Assembly (NCBI GenBank): GCA_031291825.1
Contig: JARLIG010000009.1
Span: 136,058-200,057, forward strand
Direction of reading: 5' to 3'
Length of the DNA: 64,000 nucleotides
Source of the DNA: Minisyncoccota bacterium
GTDB taxonomy: Bacteria; Patescibacteriota; Minisyncoccia; Phycocordibacterales; UBA9973
Part shown: piece after piece, positions 17,688 through 28,603 of the stretch
Layout of the letters: each line of letters begins with the position of its first letter
How positions within the stretch are numbered: position 1 is the stretch's first letter
Translations under genes and position numbers: made by a program
The notes under the pieces: model-generated
What the model saw: the letters and a program-made list of their open reading frames with translations, nothing else
What the model was told of the DNA's origin: nothing
Databases searched by the model: none

Positions 17688-19419
17688 ATTGGTTCATACT
17701 TTTTTGTGAATCATAAATTTGCACATATTCCGGAGAAGATTTTAATAGTTCTTCGTGTGTCCCTTTAGCCAAAACTTCCCCTTCCATCAGTAAAACAATT
17801 TGGTTGTAGTGTTCAATTGATTGAATTTTTTGTGTGACCGAGATTAGTGTTAGGTCCGGATAATTTTTAGTAATATTGTCCAGAATCTTTGCTTCAGTCT
17901 GATTATCAACTCTTGATGTAAAATCATCTAGTAAAAGTATTTTTGGATTAAGCGCGAGCGCGCGAGCCAGCATAATGCGTTGCTTTTGACCACCAGAAAG
18001 ACTCGTCCCTCGCTCAGAAACAACTGTGTCTAGTTTCTCCGGAAGAGTATCAATAAAATCTTGTAATTCAGCTGTACTAATTGCCTTTTCTAGGTAAGCA
18101 TCTTTAGCCAAGTTACTGAAGGCGATATTCTCACGCAAACTTAAGTTGAACAAAATACTATCTTGAAAAACAAAACCGATTTGGCTGTGTAAACTTTCTT
18201 TGTCGTATTCATTTATATTTTTACCATCGATGATAATCTCTCCTTTAGTTGGATAAAGAAGTCCTGTTAATAAATAAAGCATTTGGGTTTTTCCAGCAGC
18301 CGTCGGACCAATAATGGCAGTTTTACTGCCAGCCAAGACTCTAAAAGAAACGTCTCGCAAAGCAGCTTTTTCTCCAAAAAGCACAGTTACGTCTTTGACT
18401 TCAATATCGCCTCTAAGCGTTGATGCTAATGTTCCATTTTTCTTTTCTTTGGATACATAGAGCACTTCCCCGATACGTCCATAAGAAGCACGCGCCGAAG
18501 CAATAACGTTGGTCATAAAACCAATTATCAAAATAGGAAAAATAAGAATTGCCAGATAGCTGTTAAAGGCAGTAAAGTTTCCGAGAGTCATAGTACCTTG
18601 GATGACAAAGTGTCCGCCCAAAACAACAATTACCAACGTCGCTAGGTTGGTAAAAAAAGTAATAACTGGAATAAGGCTGGCAAATAAAGCTAGAATATTT
18701 AAACTGATTCTTTTCGCTTCAGTACTAGCAACTAAAAATTTATTATATTCAATATCTTTTGAGTTGAGTAATCGAATAATTCCAGAACCCAAGATACTTT
18801 CACTAATGACTTTGTTTAACCAATCAATTGCTTTCTGTGATTCCAAAAAAAGTTTCCTGACTTTAGATAAAACATAAAAAAATGTTACTGCAATGATTGG
18901 TACAATAGCTAGCACGCATAGTGCCAACCTAAAATTAATTAAAAGCAACAGCACGGCTGCGCCGATAATTAAGAAAACGGAAGAAATAATAGAAGCGATA
19001 GCGGTAGACACAAAAGTCTTTATCGCATCAACATCGGAAGTCAGATTGGTTAAAAGTTTAGCAGGAGTGATTCTTTCAATGTAGGAATATTCTTGAATTG
19101 AAATCTTAGCGGTTAATTCGTTACGTAAATCTCTCGCAACTTTTTCAGAAACATAAACCTGAACAATGTTTTGTAAGTAAGTAAAAATAAAAACCAGAAC
19201 TGCAACAATAGAAAATTCTATAATTAAACGACTGACAACAAAACTACCTTTCATATAGGTATCAATAGCATTTGCGATAATTTTCGGCACAATCAAATTA
19301 AAACCATTGCCAACGATAGTAACAGCTATAAGGATAAAAAGAAGAAGTTTATATGGTTTTAGCAATCCAAAAAGACCAGGTTGATTTTGTTTTTCTTTTT
19401 TAGTATCCAAAATTTTCAA
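17680..19419 (-). CDS. ABC exporter, fused permease-ATPase subunit A (heterodimer partner)
   Basis: 6-TM domain plus nucleotide-binding domain [36 protein letters not shown]. Overlaps the downstream paralog by 8 bp. Confidence 0.9.
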   Translation of the reverse strand: MKILDTKKEKQNQPGLFGLLKPYKLLLFILIAVTIVGNGFNLIVPKIIANAIDTYMKGSFVVSRLIIEFSIVAVLVFIFTYLQNIVQVYVSEKVARDLRNELTAKISIQEYSYIERITPAKLLTNLTSDVDAIKTFVSTAIASIISSVFLIIGAAVLLLLINFRLALCVLAIVPIIAVTFFYVLSKVRKLFLESQKAIDWLNKVISESILGSGIIRLLNSKDIEYNKFLVASTEAKRISLNILALFASLIPVITFFTNLATLVIVVLGGHFVIQGTMTLGNFTAFNSYLAILIFPILIIGFMTNVIASARASYGRIGEVLYVSKEKKNGTLASTLRGDIEVKDVTVLFGEKAALRDVSFRVLAGSKTAIIGPTAAGKTQMLYLLTGLLYPTKGEIIIDGKNINEYDKESLHSQIGFVFQDSILFNLSLRENIAFSNLAKDAYLEKAISTAELQDFIDTLPEKLDTVVSERGTSLSGGQKQRIMLARALALNPKILLLDDFTSRVDNQTEAKILDNITKNYPDLTLISVTQKIQSIEHYNQIVLLMEGEVLAKGTHEELLKSSPEYVQIYDSQKSMNQYE

Positions 19420-19421
19420 AT

Positions 19422-19703
19422 TTATTCGCCTTGGCTAAACTCTTCCCCTTTAGCCCATTTTTTTAAATTATTATAGTCAGTCTCTCCACAAATCCATTTA
19501 TTAGTTTTAGTATTATAGAAAAATGGTACTCCACCACAAAATTCTTTATCGAGCTCAAGCAAACGAGCTTCATTTTCTTTGTTGTGCCAAACTTCTAAAC
19601 TTTCAATCTTTATTCCTTCCTCTTTTTCTAATTTTTCCACAAGTTCATGCATCCGCACACAGTGTGGGCATTCAGTTCCATAAAACTCTAAAAGATGGTT
19701 CAT
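19422..19703 (-). CDS. glutaredoxin/thioredoxin-fold protein (CPHC active site)
   Basis: 93 aa. EFYGTECPHCVRM near the N-terminus, and a later CGGVP motif typical of the glutaredoxin-like fold. Confidence 0.6.
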   Translation of the reverse strand: MNHLLEFYGTECPHCVRMHELVEKLEKEEGIKIESLEVWHNKENEARLLELDKEFCGGVPFFYNTKTNKWICGETDYNNLKKWAKGEEFSQGE

Positions 19704-19706
19704 TTT

Positions 19707-19958
19707 TTATTTAACTAGTTTTGATAAACGAGACTTTTTGCGGGCAGCGTTGTTTTTCTTAATAACGCCTTTTTGTGCAGATTTATCAATAGCCTGAAAA
19801 GCAGCAGAGAGCATTTTTTCGGCTCCAGCTTTATCTGTTTTTACAGTTTTCTCAATTTTTTTGATGATTTCCTTCATGACTTTCTTTCTCTGGTCATTGA
19901 AGGCCTTTTTGCGGAGTGAACCGCGAATTGCTTTTTTAGCTGATTGTGTTATTGGCAT
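19707..19958 (-). CDS. rpsT: 30S ribosomal protein S20
   Basis: Basic alpha-helical protein matching the S20 pattern SAKKAIR..RK..N...K..MKT.IKK...A. Confidence 0.8.
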   Translation of the reverse strand: MPITQSAKKAIRGSLRKKAFNDQRKKVMKEIIKKIEKTVKTDKAGAEKMLSAAFQAIDKSAQKGVIKKNNAARKKSRLSKLVK

Positions 19959-20031
19959 ACAGATAATATAGCTTAAAATAACGATAAATGCAATCCCCGC
20001 CACGGCGGGGTAAATATGCTATGATAAATAT

Positions 20032-20598
20032 ATGATTGGTAGCATTAGGGGGAAAATAATATTCAAAACGGAGAAATTTTTAACTGTGGAAACAGGCGGG
20101 GTCGGCTATAAAGTAAGTGTCTCTCCCGATACATTGTCTAAAACAAAAAAGTTAGATAGTGAGATTTTTCTTTGGATTCACACTCATGTTCGCGAAGATG
20201 CCCTGGATTTATACGGATTTTTAAGCCAAGAGGAGTTGGAATTTTTTGAAATGCTCATAAATGTCTCCGGTATTGGACCAAAGGGGGCACTCTCCATTCT
20301 AGGAATTACATCTATCGAAACACTAAGAAAAGCTATTGGTATCGGCGATACAAGTTATCTCACAAAAATTTCTGGTATTGGGCGAAAAACTGCAGAAAAA
20401 ATTGTTATTGAGTTGAGAGATAAAGTTGGTAGAGAATTAGAAGGCAGTTCTCTGCAAGTAGAGTTAGATGCACTGGAAGCATTAAAATCACTCGGCTATT
20501 CTGCCATTGAAGCTCGCGATGCACTTAAAAAAGTTTCCGTAGATGCTAATACCAACACCAAAATCCGCGAAGCCTTGAAAATTTTAGGCGGAAAATAA
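20032..20598 (+). CDS. ruvA: Holliday junction branch migration protein RuvA
   Basis: MIGSIRGKI..GVGYKV.VS...L, HhH motifs LINVSGIGPKGALSIL, C-terminal domain III. Confidence 0.9.
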   Translation: MIGSIRGKIIFKTEKFLTVETGGVGYKVSVSPDTLSKTKKLDSEIFLWIHTHVREDALDLYGFLSQEELEFFEMLINVSGIGPKGALSILGITSIETLRKAIGIGDTSYLTKISGIGRKTAEKIVIELRDKVGRELEGSSLQVELDALEALKSLGYSAIEARDALKKVSVDANTNTKIREALKILGGK

Positions 20599-20604
20599 AA
20601 ACCC

Positions 20605-21504
20605 ATGCCGGAATTACCAGAAGTTGAAAATCTTAGAATGGGTTTAGCGAAAAATATCCTAAACCAAAAAATTCTTAGCGTGGAAATAAGAAAACCAAAA
20701 CTTGTTTCTGGTAAGGGAACCTTGCGAAAAATTTCCCAAAAAAAGAAAGCCCAATTTATAAATGGTGTTGTGGGTGAAAAATTTATCGCCGTAGAAAGAA
20801 GAGCCAAGAATCTCATTTTCAAATTAACTCACGAAAAAATTATCATTGCTCATTTAAAAATGTCTGGGCAGTTTGTATATCAGAAAAAAAGTGGGCAGAA
20901 AGCTGTTATGGGCGGTCACTCCATAGAACTCTCAGAAACCAGACTGCCAAATAAACATTCACATATCATATTTAAATTAAGTAACGGGGTTTTGTACTAC
21001 AACGATACAAGAATGTTTGGGTATGTTCTCTACTACCAGAGCGCAAAAACATTTGAAGCAGAGAATCATTTTGTTATGTATGGGCTAGAACCATTGTCTC
21101 CAAAATTTACCGCTAAATATTTTTTTGAATCCCTGAAAAACAAAAAAGGAAAGATTAAAGCCGTGCTGATGGATCAGAAAATTGTCACTGGTCTCGGAAA
21201 TATCTATGCAGACGAGAGTTTGTTTGAGGCAAAAATACGTCCAGACAGACAAGCTTTCAGCATCTCAAAAAAGGAAGCCGAGGAACTACACAAAGCAATA
21301 ATTCGTATTATAAAGCGAGCTATCAAAGTTGGAGGTTCATCTGTGGCTACTTATCGTCTTTTAGATAATACTCGAGGTAATTACGCCAGAGAACACAAAG
21401 TATATGGAAAAAATGGAGAAATGTGTCCAAATTGCAAAAAACCGCTCACAAAAATAATAGTTGCCGGAAGAACAACGATTTTCTGCAAAACTTGTCAGAA
21501 GTAA
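20605..21504 (+). CDS. mutM: formamidopyrimidine-DNA glycosylase (Fpg/MutM)
   Basis: N-terminal MPELPEV catalytic motif, H2TH domain, C-terminal zinc finger CPNC..C..C. Confidence 0.9.
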   Translation: MPELPEVENLRMGLAKNILNQKILSVEIRKPKLVSGKGTLRKISQKKKAQFINGVVGEKFIAVERRAKNLIFKLTHEKIIIAHLKMSGQFVYQKKSGQKAVMGGHSIELSETRLPNKHSHIIFKLSNGVLYYNDTRMFGYVLYYQSAKTFEAENHFVMYGLEPLSPKFTAKYFFESLKNKKGKIKAVLMDQKIVTGLGNIYADESLFEAKIRPDRQAFSISKKEAEELHKAIIRIIKRAIKVGGSSVATYRLLDNTRGNYAREHKVYGKNGEMCPNCKKPLTKIIVAGRTTIFCKTCQK

Positions 21505-21540
21505 AAAAACAAAATAAAATTTTTCTGAAAGTGTGTAGAA

Positions 21541-21615
21541 TTCTTGGTTTTTAAGGGCTTGCGCAGGCTGACGAGCCGAGCAGGAATAAAAATTCAGTAG
21601 AATTTTATATGTACC
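21541..21615. repeat. GC-rich intergenic element, copy 2 (ggcttgcgcaggctgacgagccgagcag)
   Basis: A 28-nt GC-rich core shared with 15849-15876 (reverse complement) and 61448-61475, followed by an AT-rich tail with cag.a.aatat-like motif. Confidence 0.6.
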
Positions 21616-22095
21616 TTAAAAATTAAGAATTCGGAACAAAGCAATTCCAGTTGCCACAGAAACATTCAACGATTCTTTTTTGCCTCGCATTGGAATTTCA
21701 GCAACAATATCGCATTTTTCCAAAACGTTTTTAGGTATACCCGTCACTTCTGTGCCAACAATGAAAACATTTTTGTTTTGCAATTTAATTTTTTTGTAAT
21801 CAATGGATTTTTCATCTTGCTCAATAGCAATAATCTGAAAATTGTCCTTCTTTAGTTTTGCAAGTAATGGTAAAACACTTTTTTTCTGTTCCCAAGCAAC
21901 AAACTCTTCTGCCCCCAGCGCAGACTTTGCTAAATCTCTCCTCTTTCGCCCAAATCTATCTAAGGGTGTCGGCGTATAGCCCGTCAAATAAATTTTATTG
22001 ATTCCTGCAGCATCTGCCGTACGAAACATCGCCCCAACGTTTTCCACACTTCGGATATTATGCAAAATTAAAATGTTTTCCTGTTGTTTTTTCAT
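21616..22095 (-). CDS. SpoU/TrmH-family RNA 2'-O-methyltransferase (TrmL-like size)
   Basis: 159 aa SPOUT fold: ILILHNIRSVENVGAMFRTADAAG and C-terminal SLNVSVATGIALF. Confidence 0.8.
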   Translation of the reverse strand: MKKQQENILILHNIRSVENVGAMFRTADAAGINKIYLTGYTPTPLDRFGRKRRDLAKSALGAEEFVAWEQKKSVLPLLAKLKKDNFQIIAIEQDEKSIDYKKIKLQNKNVFIVGTEVTGIPKNVLEKCDIVAEIPMRGKKESLNVSVATGIALFRILNF

Positions 22096-22098
22096 ACT

Positions 22099-23319
22099 TT
22101 ATTTTAAAAAATTTTTATTTCTCATTTTTTTATGATAAGTAATTGCAAAACGGTGCGCTTCGCTGTTAGCCAACAAAATCTCTCTCTTGTATTTTAACCC
22201 AAATTTTTCATCTCCCATAATGGCCCTTGCTTTATGGTGTTCATCTTTTACTACTGAGACAATTGGAATTTTTAATCCAATATTCCTTAATATCTTCTGT
22301 GTAGCATTTATCTGCGCGATACTTCCATCGACAACAACCAAGCTCGGATAAGACCATTCAGTGTGCCCGAACCTCCTCTCCAAGACTTCGGCAAGCGCTC
22401 CAGTATCATTAGCATCAGCCTGTGTTCGGATTTTAAATTTTCGATATTCATTTTTATTTACTTCTCCGTCTTCTACTACGACCATTACGCCGACCATATT
22501 TTTACCGCCCATGTGGGCAATATCATAAGCCTCAATGCGTGTACTGATTGCAGGTGTCAGGCTTCTGCCTTGCAGAATACCGACATCTGCAACCACATCC
22601 GAGTTTTTTATAAGCGCTACATCATTGATGTGTTGCAGAGCAAAAAGTTGTCTTTTTATTTCTCCAGCTTTTTCAAATTCTCGCACCTTAGAATATTCGT
22701 GCATTTCTTTTTTGAGATTTCTGAAAATTTGTTGTTTTTTGCCAGAGAAAAATAAAATTATATTTTTTATATTTTGTTTGTAGAGTTTTGTATCATTTAA
22801 ATCTGGAACTAAATTTATTTGTCTATAAAATTCTATATAATTTTTACTTTTATCATCTAAGAATGGGAAAATTTTGCGAATAATTTTTAAAGCTTCTTTT
22901 AATTGACTGCCGTTTGGATAGGGCCCAAAAACTTTATAAAAAACTTCTTGTTTTAAATTTTTTCCCCTTACTAAAACAACTCTAGGCAATTTTTCTTTAG
23001 TAATACAAACATAATTAAAACTTTTATCTGATTTTTCTTTAGTATTGTATTTGGGCTGATATTTTTTAATTAAATTAGCTTCTAGAATTAAAGCTTCAAG
23101 AACACTATCGGTTGTCTGCCAATCTATCTTATCTGCCTTAAAAACCATATCCAAAATTATTGGCCCCCTGGTTTCAATTAAGTCCTTTCCAAAATAACTT
23201 TTCACTCTGTCTTTTAAGGAAGTGGCTTTACCAATATATAAAATTTCCTTACCCTTCAGGAAGAAATAAACCCCTGGTTTATCTGGAAGCTTTATTTTTT
23301 TAAAAGTTTCTTTTTTCAT
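22099..23319 (-). CDS. uvrC: excinuclease ABC subunit C, short form (GIY-YIG plus RNase H-like endonuclease domain; HhH region absent)
   Basis: GIY-YIG motif GVYFFLKGKEILYIGKA. C-terminal IEAYDIAHMGGKNMVGVMVVV..YRKF UvrC endonuclease domain. Only 406 aa. Confidence 0.8.
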   Translation of the reverse strand: MKKETFKKIKLPDKPGVYFFLKGKEILYIGKATSLKDRVKSYFGKDLIETRGPIILDMVFKADKIDWQTTDSVLEALILEANLIKKYQPKYNTKEKSDKSFNYVCITKEKLPRVVLVRGKNLKQEVFYKVFGPYPNGSQLKEALKIIRKIFPFLDDKSKNYIEFYRQINLVPDLNDTKLYKQNIKNIILFFSGKKQQIFRNLKKEMHEYSKVREFEKAGEIKRQLFALQHINDVALIKNSDVVADVGILQGRSLTPAISTRIEAYDIAHMGGKNMVGVMVVVEDGEVNKNEYRKFKIRTQADANDTGALAEVLERRFGHTEWSYPSLVVVDGSIAQINATQKILRNIGLKIPIVSVVKDEHHKARAIMGDEKFGLKYKREILLANSEAHRFAITYHKKMRNKNFLK

Positions 23320-23320
23320 C

Positions 23321-25981
23321 CTATTTTCTTAATACTTTTTTAAGATATTTTCCTGTGTAACTTTTTATATTGTTTGCCACATCTTCTGGTGTTCCCTTTG
23401 CTACAATATTACCACCATTTACTCCACCTTCTGGTCCGATATCTATTATATAATCAGAACTTTTCACAATATCAAGATTGTGTTCAATCAAAACCACAGT
23501 ATTACCGTGTGAAACCAATTTATTTAAAACTTCTAAAAGTTTATGCACGTCATCGTAATGCAACCCAACGGTTGGTTCATCTAAAAGATAAATTGTTTTT
23601 TCTAGGTGTGGACGATAAAGCTCACTACTAATTTTTACACGTTGCGCTTCGCCACCAGAAAGAGTCGTAGCAGATTGCCCTAATTCTAAATATCCCAACC
23701 CTACGTCCAGCAATGTTTGCAGTCTATCAGAAATAGCTGGGATATCTTTAAAGAAAACCAATCCTTCTTCCACTGTCATATGTAAAACTTCATAAATACT
23801 TTTTTTCTTATATTTTACAGTCAGTGTCTCTTTATCAAAACGAGCTCCATTACAAACGTCACACGTGACATAAACAGTCGGTAAAAAATGCATCTCTACG
23901 GCAATTTCTCCATTTCCTTCACAAGCTTCACAACGCCCACCTTTTACGTTGAAAGAAAAACGGTTAGATTTCCAGCCACGCAATCGCGCTTCTTCTGTAG
24001 TAGCGAACAAATCACGAATGTGTGTAAAAGCTCCAGTGTAAGTCGCCAAGTTTGAACGTGGCGTTCTACCAATTGGAGATTGGTCAATCAAAATTGCTCG
24101 AGATAAATATTCAGTACCAGAAAAAGAAGTACAGTTGAAAATTTTGGCTGTACGGTATTTTCGTTCGTAGCGCGCTTGAAGATTTTTATAAAGAATCTCA
24201 TACATAAAAGAACTTTTACCAGAACCAGAGACTCCTGTAATAGAAGTCATCACTCCAAGGGGAACTTCAATGTTTAAATTTTTTATATTAAAAATTTTTC
24301 CACCAGCAATACGAAGTGCACCTTTGGCCTCTCGACGTTTTTTAGGAATTTCTATTTTCGTTTCACCGCGTAGATAACTTAGAGTGCGAGAATTATTGGT
24401 ATTCTTTTTAGCAGTCAATAAATCTTCCAAAAAACCAGCAACGATCACCTGTCCTCCATGTACTCCAGCCTTCGGCCCAATATCAACAATATAATCTGAG
24501 GCATAAATAGTGTCCTCGTCGTGCTCTACAATTATAATTGTATTTCCTAAATCACGTAGATTTTGCAAGGTTTTTATAAGTCTGTCGTTGTCTCGCTGAT
24601 GTAAGCCAATCGTTGGTTCATCAAGCACATAAAGCGCTCCAACCAACCTCGAGCCAAGTTGAGAAGCCAAGCGAATACGTTGCGCTTCGCCACCAGAAAG
24701 AGTATTGGCTTTTCTGGAAAGTTGTAAATAATCTAGTCCGACATCCAACATAAATTGGAGTCTAGCTTCTATTTCTCGAACCACTGGTACAGAGATTTCT
24801 TTTTCTTGTTCAGAAAGTTTCAAATTTTTGAAAAAATCATGCGCATCTTTAATCGAGAGTGAAGATAATTCTAAAATATTTATTTTTTTGTTTTTATCTT
24901 CCAAAAATACATTCAATGCCTCTGGGCGCAGACGCGCTCCGTGACAAGCATCACATGGTTCATCACCCATAAAATATTTTGAACCAAGACCGTTACAGGC
25001 AGGGCAAGCTCCATAAGGAGAATTAAAAGAAAATAATCTCGGTTCAACTTCTGGAAAAGAAAACCCATCGTTCTTACAAGCAAACTTGGCAGACATGATG
25101 AATTCCTCTTCACCAATCTTGATTGTGACTAAGCTGTCAGATTCAAGCAATGCTCGTTCTAGAGCTTCCGATAAACGCATCCTGCTTCCATCCTTATCAT
25201 CAGTAAATTCATGCACAGCAAAATGGTCCACTAGAATATCAATATTATGCGCTTTGTTCTTGGAAAGAATAATTTGCTCACGAAGTTTTTTCATTGCTCC
25301 ATCTAAGCGAATTTCGGTAAAACCTTTATTAAGCAAATCATAGAGTAATTGATAATATTCTCCTTTTCGTCCGCGGACAACTGGAGAAAAAATACTGATT
25401 TCAGTTTCATCCCATTCCACTCCCATCACCTTTCTTTTTTTGCTTTTAGGGACTTGGGGGGAAGAATTCTGAACGGGGAAGGTTCCAGCCGAAGGCTGGA
25501 GTAATCCAGAGGAATTCTTTCCCCCGAGTCCTTTCACCTTTTCCAAAATAAAATTTAAAATTTGTTCGTTGGAAAGTTTTTTAATTTCTTCTCCACATTG
25601 CGGACAATGTGGATGCCCGATGCGTGCATACATCACACGCAGATAATCATAAATTTCGGTAATCGTCGCCACGGTGGAGCGCGGATTATTTGAACGAGAT
25701 TTTTGGTCAATAGAAATTGCTGGAGAAAGTCCAGTGATTTCATCTACGTCTGGCTTTGGCATTTGATTTAAAAATTGGCGCGCATAAGAAGACAGGGACT
25801 CTACATATCTTCTCTGCCCTTCTGCAAAAATTGTATCAAAGGCTAATGATGATTTGCCAGAGCCAGAAACACCGGTAATTACCACCATTTTGTTGCGAGG
25901 CATTTCCACACTTATATTCTTCAGGTTATGGGTCTTTGCTCCTTTAACTATTATTTTATCTATATTTTGCTGTATTTTCAT
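23321..25981 (-). CDS. uvrA: excinuclease ABC subunit A
   Basis: Two ABC modules, zinc fingers ([13 protein letters not shown]), signature LSGGEAQR twice. Start taken at [10 protein letters not shown]. Confidence 0.95.
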   Translation of the reverse strand: MKIQQNIDKIIVKGAKTHNLKNISVEMPRNKMVVITGVSGSGKSSLAFDTIFAEGQRRYVESLSSYARQFLNQMPKPDVDEITGLSPAISIDQKSRSNNPRSTVATITEIYDYLRVMYARIGHPHCPQCGEEIKKLSNEQILNFILEKVKGLGGKNSSGLLQPSAGTFPVQNSSPQVPKSKKRKVMGVEWDETEISIFSPVVRGRKGEYYQLLYDLLNKGFTEIRLDGAMKKLREQIILSKNKAHNIDILVDHFAVHEFTDDKDGSRMRLSEALERALLESDSLVTIKIGEEEFIMSAKFACKNDGFSFPEVEPRLFSFNSPYGACPACNGLGSKYFMGDEPCDACHGARLRPEALNVFLEDKNKKINILELSSLSIKDAHDFFKNLKLSEQEKEISVPVVREIEARLQFMLDVGLDYLQLSRKANTLSGGEAQRIRLASQLGSRLVGALYVLDEPTIGLHQRDNDRLIKTLQNLRDLGNTIIIVEHDEDTIYASDYIVDIGPKAGVHGGQVIVAGFLEDLLTAKKNTNNSRTLSYLRGETKIEIPKKRREAKGALRIAGGKIFNIKNLNIEVPLGVMTSITGVSGSGKSSFMYEILYKNLQARYERKYRTAKIFNCTSFSGTEYLSRAILIDQSPIGRTPRSNLATYTGAFTHIRDLFATTEEARLRGWKSNRFSFNVKGGRCEACEGNGEIAVEMHFLPTVYVTCDVCNGARFDKETLTVKYKKKSIYEVLHMTVEEGLVFFKDIPAISDRLQTLLDVGLGYLELGQSATTLSGGEAQRVKISSELYRPHLEKTIYLLDEPTVGLHYDDVHKLLEVLNKLVSHGNTVVLIEHNLDIVKSSDYIIDIGPEGGVNGGNIVAKGTPEDVANNIKSYTGKYLKKVLRK
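25450..25531. repeat. GC-rich palindromic element inserted in-frame in uvrA
   Basis: ggacttggggggaagaattc ... gaattctttcccccgagtcc, a 20-bp inverted repeat flanking a GC-rich core. It encodes the low-complexity stretch ..[27 protein letters not shown].., which is absent from the corresponding region of canonical UvrA. Confidence 0.7.
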
Positions 25982-26102
25982 TTGAATTTCATAAAATTTA
26001 AGCCCTAGAACACAAGAGACCTCACTAAGTAGATAGGGGGTCAAGATGACTCAAGCTCAATATTAAACTGGTTTTAGTATAGCAGAAAAAATAAAAAAGT
26101 CT

Positions 26103-28307
26103 TTATCTTTTTTCTTGACCAATCCGCTGTCTCAAAACTCCAATTTCATCTCGTAAAATCGCGGCAGTTTCAAAATCTAATTCTTTAACAGCTTTATTCA
26201 TTTCTTTCTCTTTGATTTTTATTATTTTTTCGTAAACCAAGTTACTTCGTTCTTCGTCTGACATGTGTAATTTTACTTCGGTTAATCCATCTTTTTTAGT
26301 TACCTTACTTTTATCACTCTTTAATTCTTTGGCATAAGCGCGTTTGAAAACTTCTAAATCAAGATTTAACTCTGCGTTGACTGTTTTTCCGTGTTCACTT
26401 TCTAATTCTTCAGTAATGTCTTTGATCTTTTTCATAATCGTCTTCGGAGTAATACCATGTTTTTTGTTGTAAGCCAATTGAATATTTCTTCTGCGGGCGG
26501 TTTCACCTAGGGCATACTCCATAGCAGGAGTTATAACATCAGCGTAGAGAATTACTCTTCCTTCACTATTTCTAGCCGCACGTCCAATTGTTTGTACCAA
26601 GGATGTTTCCGAACGTAAGAATCCAGACTTATCAGCGTCTAAAATGCCAATCAAGGCGACTTCTGGTAAATCAAGTCCTTCGCGAAGCAAATTCACTCCA
26701 ACTAAAACATCAAACTCTCCTTTTCTAAATTGGGTTAAAATTTTTATTCTATCAATTGTCTTAATATCGCTATGTAAATATTCTGCTTTAATTTTTTTAT
26801 CTTTTAAATAGACAGAAAGGTCTTCTGCCATTTTTTTAGTGAGCGTTGTCGCTAAAACACGAAAACCTCTTTTAATTGTTTTTTCCGTTTCGTTTATAAA
26901 ATCTTGAATTTGGCCAGGAAAGTGAGTGTTCTCGTAGGAATCTTCGCTGTGGCCAGAAAGACCTTGCCCTCCCAAGACAGAGTGCGAATGACGAAGAGAA
27001 TACTCGCTTCCCTGGCCCTCTGAGATTGGTCTAATTATTGTTTCGGGGTCAACTAGTCCTGTTGGACGAATAATTTGCTCTACTATTTGTTCGCTCTGAG
27101 TTCTCTCTTGTTCACTTGGTGTAGCACTAGTATAAATAACCGAACCAATTCTTTTTTGAAATTCTTCATATTTTAAAGGTCTATTATCTTTGGCCGAAGG
27201 CAGACGAAAGCCATATTCCACAAGGGTATTTTTACGTGAAGCATCTCCCGCATACATGCCTTGCAGTTGCGGCAAAGTCACGTGGGATTCATCAATGATA
27301 GTGAGAAAACCTGTTTTTGGAAAATAAGAAAGTAATGTTTCTGGCGGTTCACCTGCAGCTTTGCCTGACAAATGTCTAGAATAATTTTCGATGCCGTTGC
27401 AATAACCAACTTCGCGAATCATCGCCAAATCATAGTTGGTTCTTCTTTTTATACGCTCAGCTTCAAGTAATTTTCCTTCTTTTTCGAATTTTTTTAACTG
27501 TCCATTTAATTCTTTTTTTATTTCAACTAATGCTCTTTTCTTTTTTACATCTTCGGTAATAAAATGTTTCGCTGGAAAAATAAAAATATTTTTTTCTTCA
27601 GAAATTATTGTAGAAGAAACTGGGTCAATTTTAGTCATTTTTTCTAGGACCAAACCTTTAAATTCTATTTGGTACATGTTGGTCTCCGACACAGGCATAA
27701 ATTCAACTCTCGTACCAATAGAGCGAAATTGTCCTGGACTTAAGTCAGCATTGGTGCGTTCAAAGTGAATTTCGATTAACTTTCTCATTAAAGTCATGCG
27801 ATCAAGCTTCATACCAAGCTCAAGTTTAAGATTCACTTTTTCATATTCTTCTGGAGAGCCTAATCCATATATACAAGAAACCGAAGCAACAATTATCACA
27901 TCCTTTCTGGTGAGTAATGCCTGGGTTGAAGCATGACGCAGTCTGTCTATTTCTTTATTTATCTGCGCATCTTTTTCAATGTAAGTATCAGAGGCTGGCA
28001 TGTAAGCTTCTGGCTGATAGTAGTCATAGTAAGAAACAAAATAATGCACCGCTGAGTCGGGGAAAAATTGTCTGAATTCTTGCGCAAGTTGCGCAGCTAG
28101 GGTTTTATTGTGCGCAATTACAAGTGTTGGCTTATTGTACTCTGCAATAACATTAGCCATCGTAAAAGTCTTCCCAGTGCCAGTGGCCCCCAGAAGAGTT
28201 TGTTTATTCATTCCTTTGTTTAAACCATCCATCAACTTTGAAATAGCTACTGGCTGATCCCCCGCGGGCTGAAAAGGATTATGCAGTTTGAAAATATTTT
28301 TTTGCAT
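26103..28307 (-). CDS. uvrB: excinuclease ABC subunit B
   Basis: Helicase motifs GATGTGKTFT, DESH, beta-hairpin region, C-terminal UvrB/UvrC interaction helix. Confidence 0.95.
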   Translation of the reverse strand: MQKNIFKLHNPFQPAGDQPVAISKLMDGLNKGMNKQTLLGATGTGKTFTMANVIAEYNKPTLVIAHNKTLAAQLAQEFRQFFPDSAVHYFVSYYDYYQPEAYMPASDTYIEKDAQINKEIDRLRHASTQALLTRKDVIIVASVSCIYGLGSPEEYEKVNLKLELGMKLDRMTLMRKLIEIHFERTNADLSPGQFRSIGTRVEFMPVSETNMYQIEFKGLVLEKMTKIDPVSSTIISEEKNIFIFPAKHFITEDVKKKRALVEIKKELNGQLKKFEKEGKLLEAERIKRRTNYDLAMIREVGYCNGIENYSRHLSGKAAGEPPETLLSYFPKTGFLTIIDESHVTLPQLQGMYAGDASRKNTLVEYGFRLPSAKDNRPLKYEEFQKRIGSVIYTSATPSEQERTQSEQIVEQIIRPTGLVDPETIIRPISEGQGSEYSLRHSHSVLGGQGLSGHSEDSYENTHFPGQIQDFINETEKTIKRGFRVLATTLTKKMAEDLSVYLKDKKIKAEYLHSDIKTIDRIKILTQFRKGEFDVLVGVNLLREGLDLPEVALIGILDADKSGFLRSETSLVQTIGRAARNSEGRVILYADVITPAMEYALGETARRRNIQLAYNKKHGITPKTIMKKIKDITEELESEHGKTVNAELNLDLEVFKRAYAKELKSDKSKVTKKDGLTEVKLHMSDEERSNLVYEKIIKIKEKEMNKAVKELDFETAAILRDEIGVLRQRIGQEKR
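26911..27018. repeat. GC-rich palindromic element inserted in-frame in uvrB (108 bp)
   Basis: Imperfect 23-bp inverted repeat tggccaggaaagtgagtgttctc / gagaatactcgcttccctggccc. Encodes ..GQGSEYSLRHSHSVLGGQGLSGHSEDSYENTHFPGQ.. Confidence 0.6.
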
Positions 28308-28497
28308 AAAATTAAATCAATTATAAAATTTACCTAAAAAATAATCCTCCTATATTAATAGCTAGTGTAAGCATTATCATACGCTTTAACAACAATTTTA
28401 TATGTAAGCAATGAGCCAATTATCGTTATGATAAGAAAATATAAAAATACTTTATTGAATTTAAACATAAAAACATTATAGCATTTACTTTATCTTG

Positions 28498-28570
28498 TGC
28501 GCCCAGTTGGAATCGAACCAACGACCTTATCCTTAAAAGGGATCTGCTCTACCAGCTGAGCTATGGGCGC
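28498..28570 (-). tRNA. tRNA-Lys (anticodon TTT), CCA not encoded
   Basis: GCGCCCA TA GCTC AGCTGGTA GAGC A GATCC CTTTTAA GGATA AGGTC GTTGG TTCGATT CCAAC TGGGCGC A. Confidence 0.85.
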
Positions 28571-28603
28571 AAAATTACCAACAGGTTTGATAATACCACA
28601 ATT

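Noticed and set aside
25450-25531. Intein or intron in uvrA (and the other GC-rich in-gene islands)
   Set aside because: Too short (27-36 codons). No intein block motifs (no Cys/Ser-plus-HN splice junctions) or group I/II intron structures. The terminal inverted repeats and cross-gene DNA similarity point instead to palindromic repeat elements.
28498-28570. tRNA-Lys flagged as possibly defective because CCA is absent
   Set aside because: Many bacterial tRNA genes do not encode CCA (it is added enzymatically). The cloverleaf is otherwise canonical.
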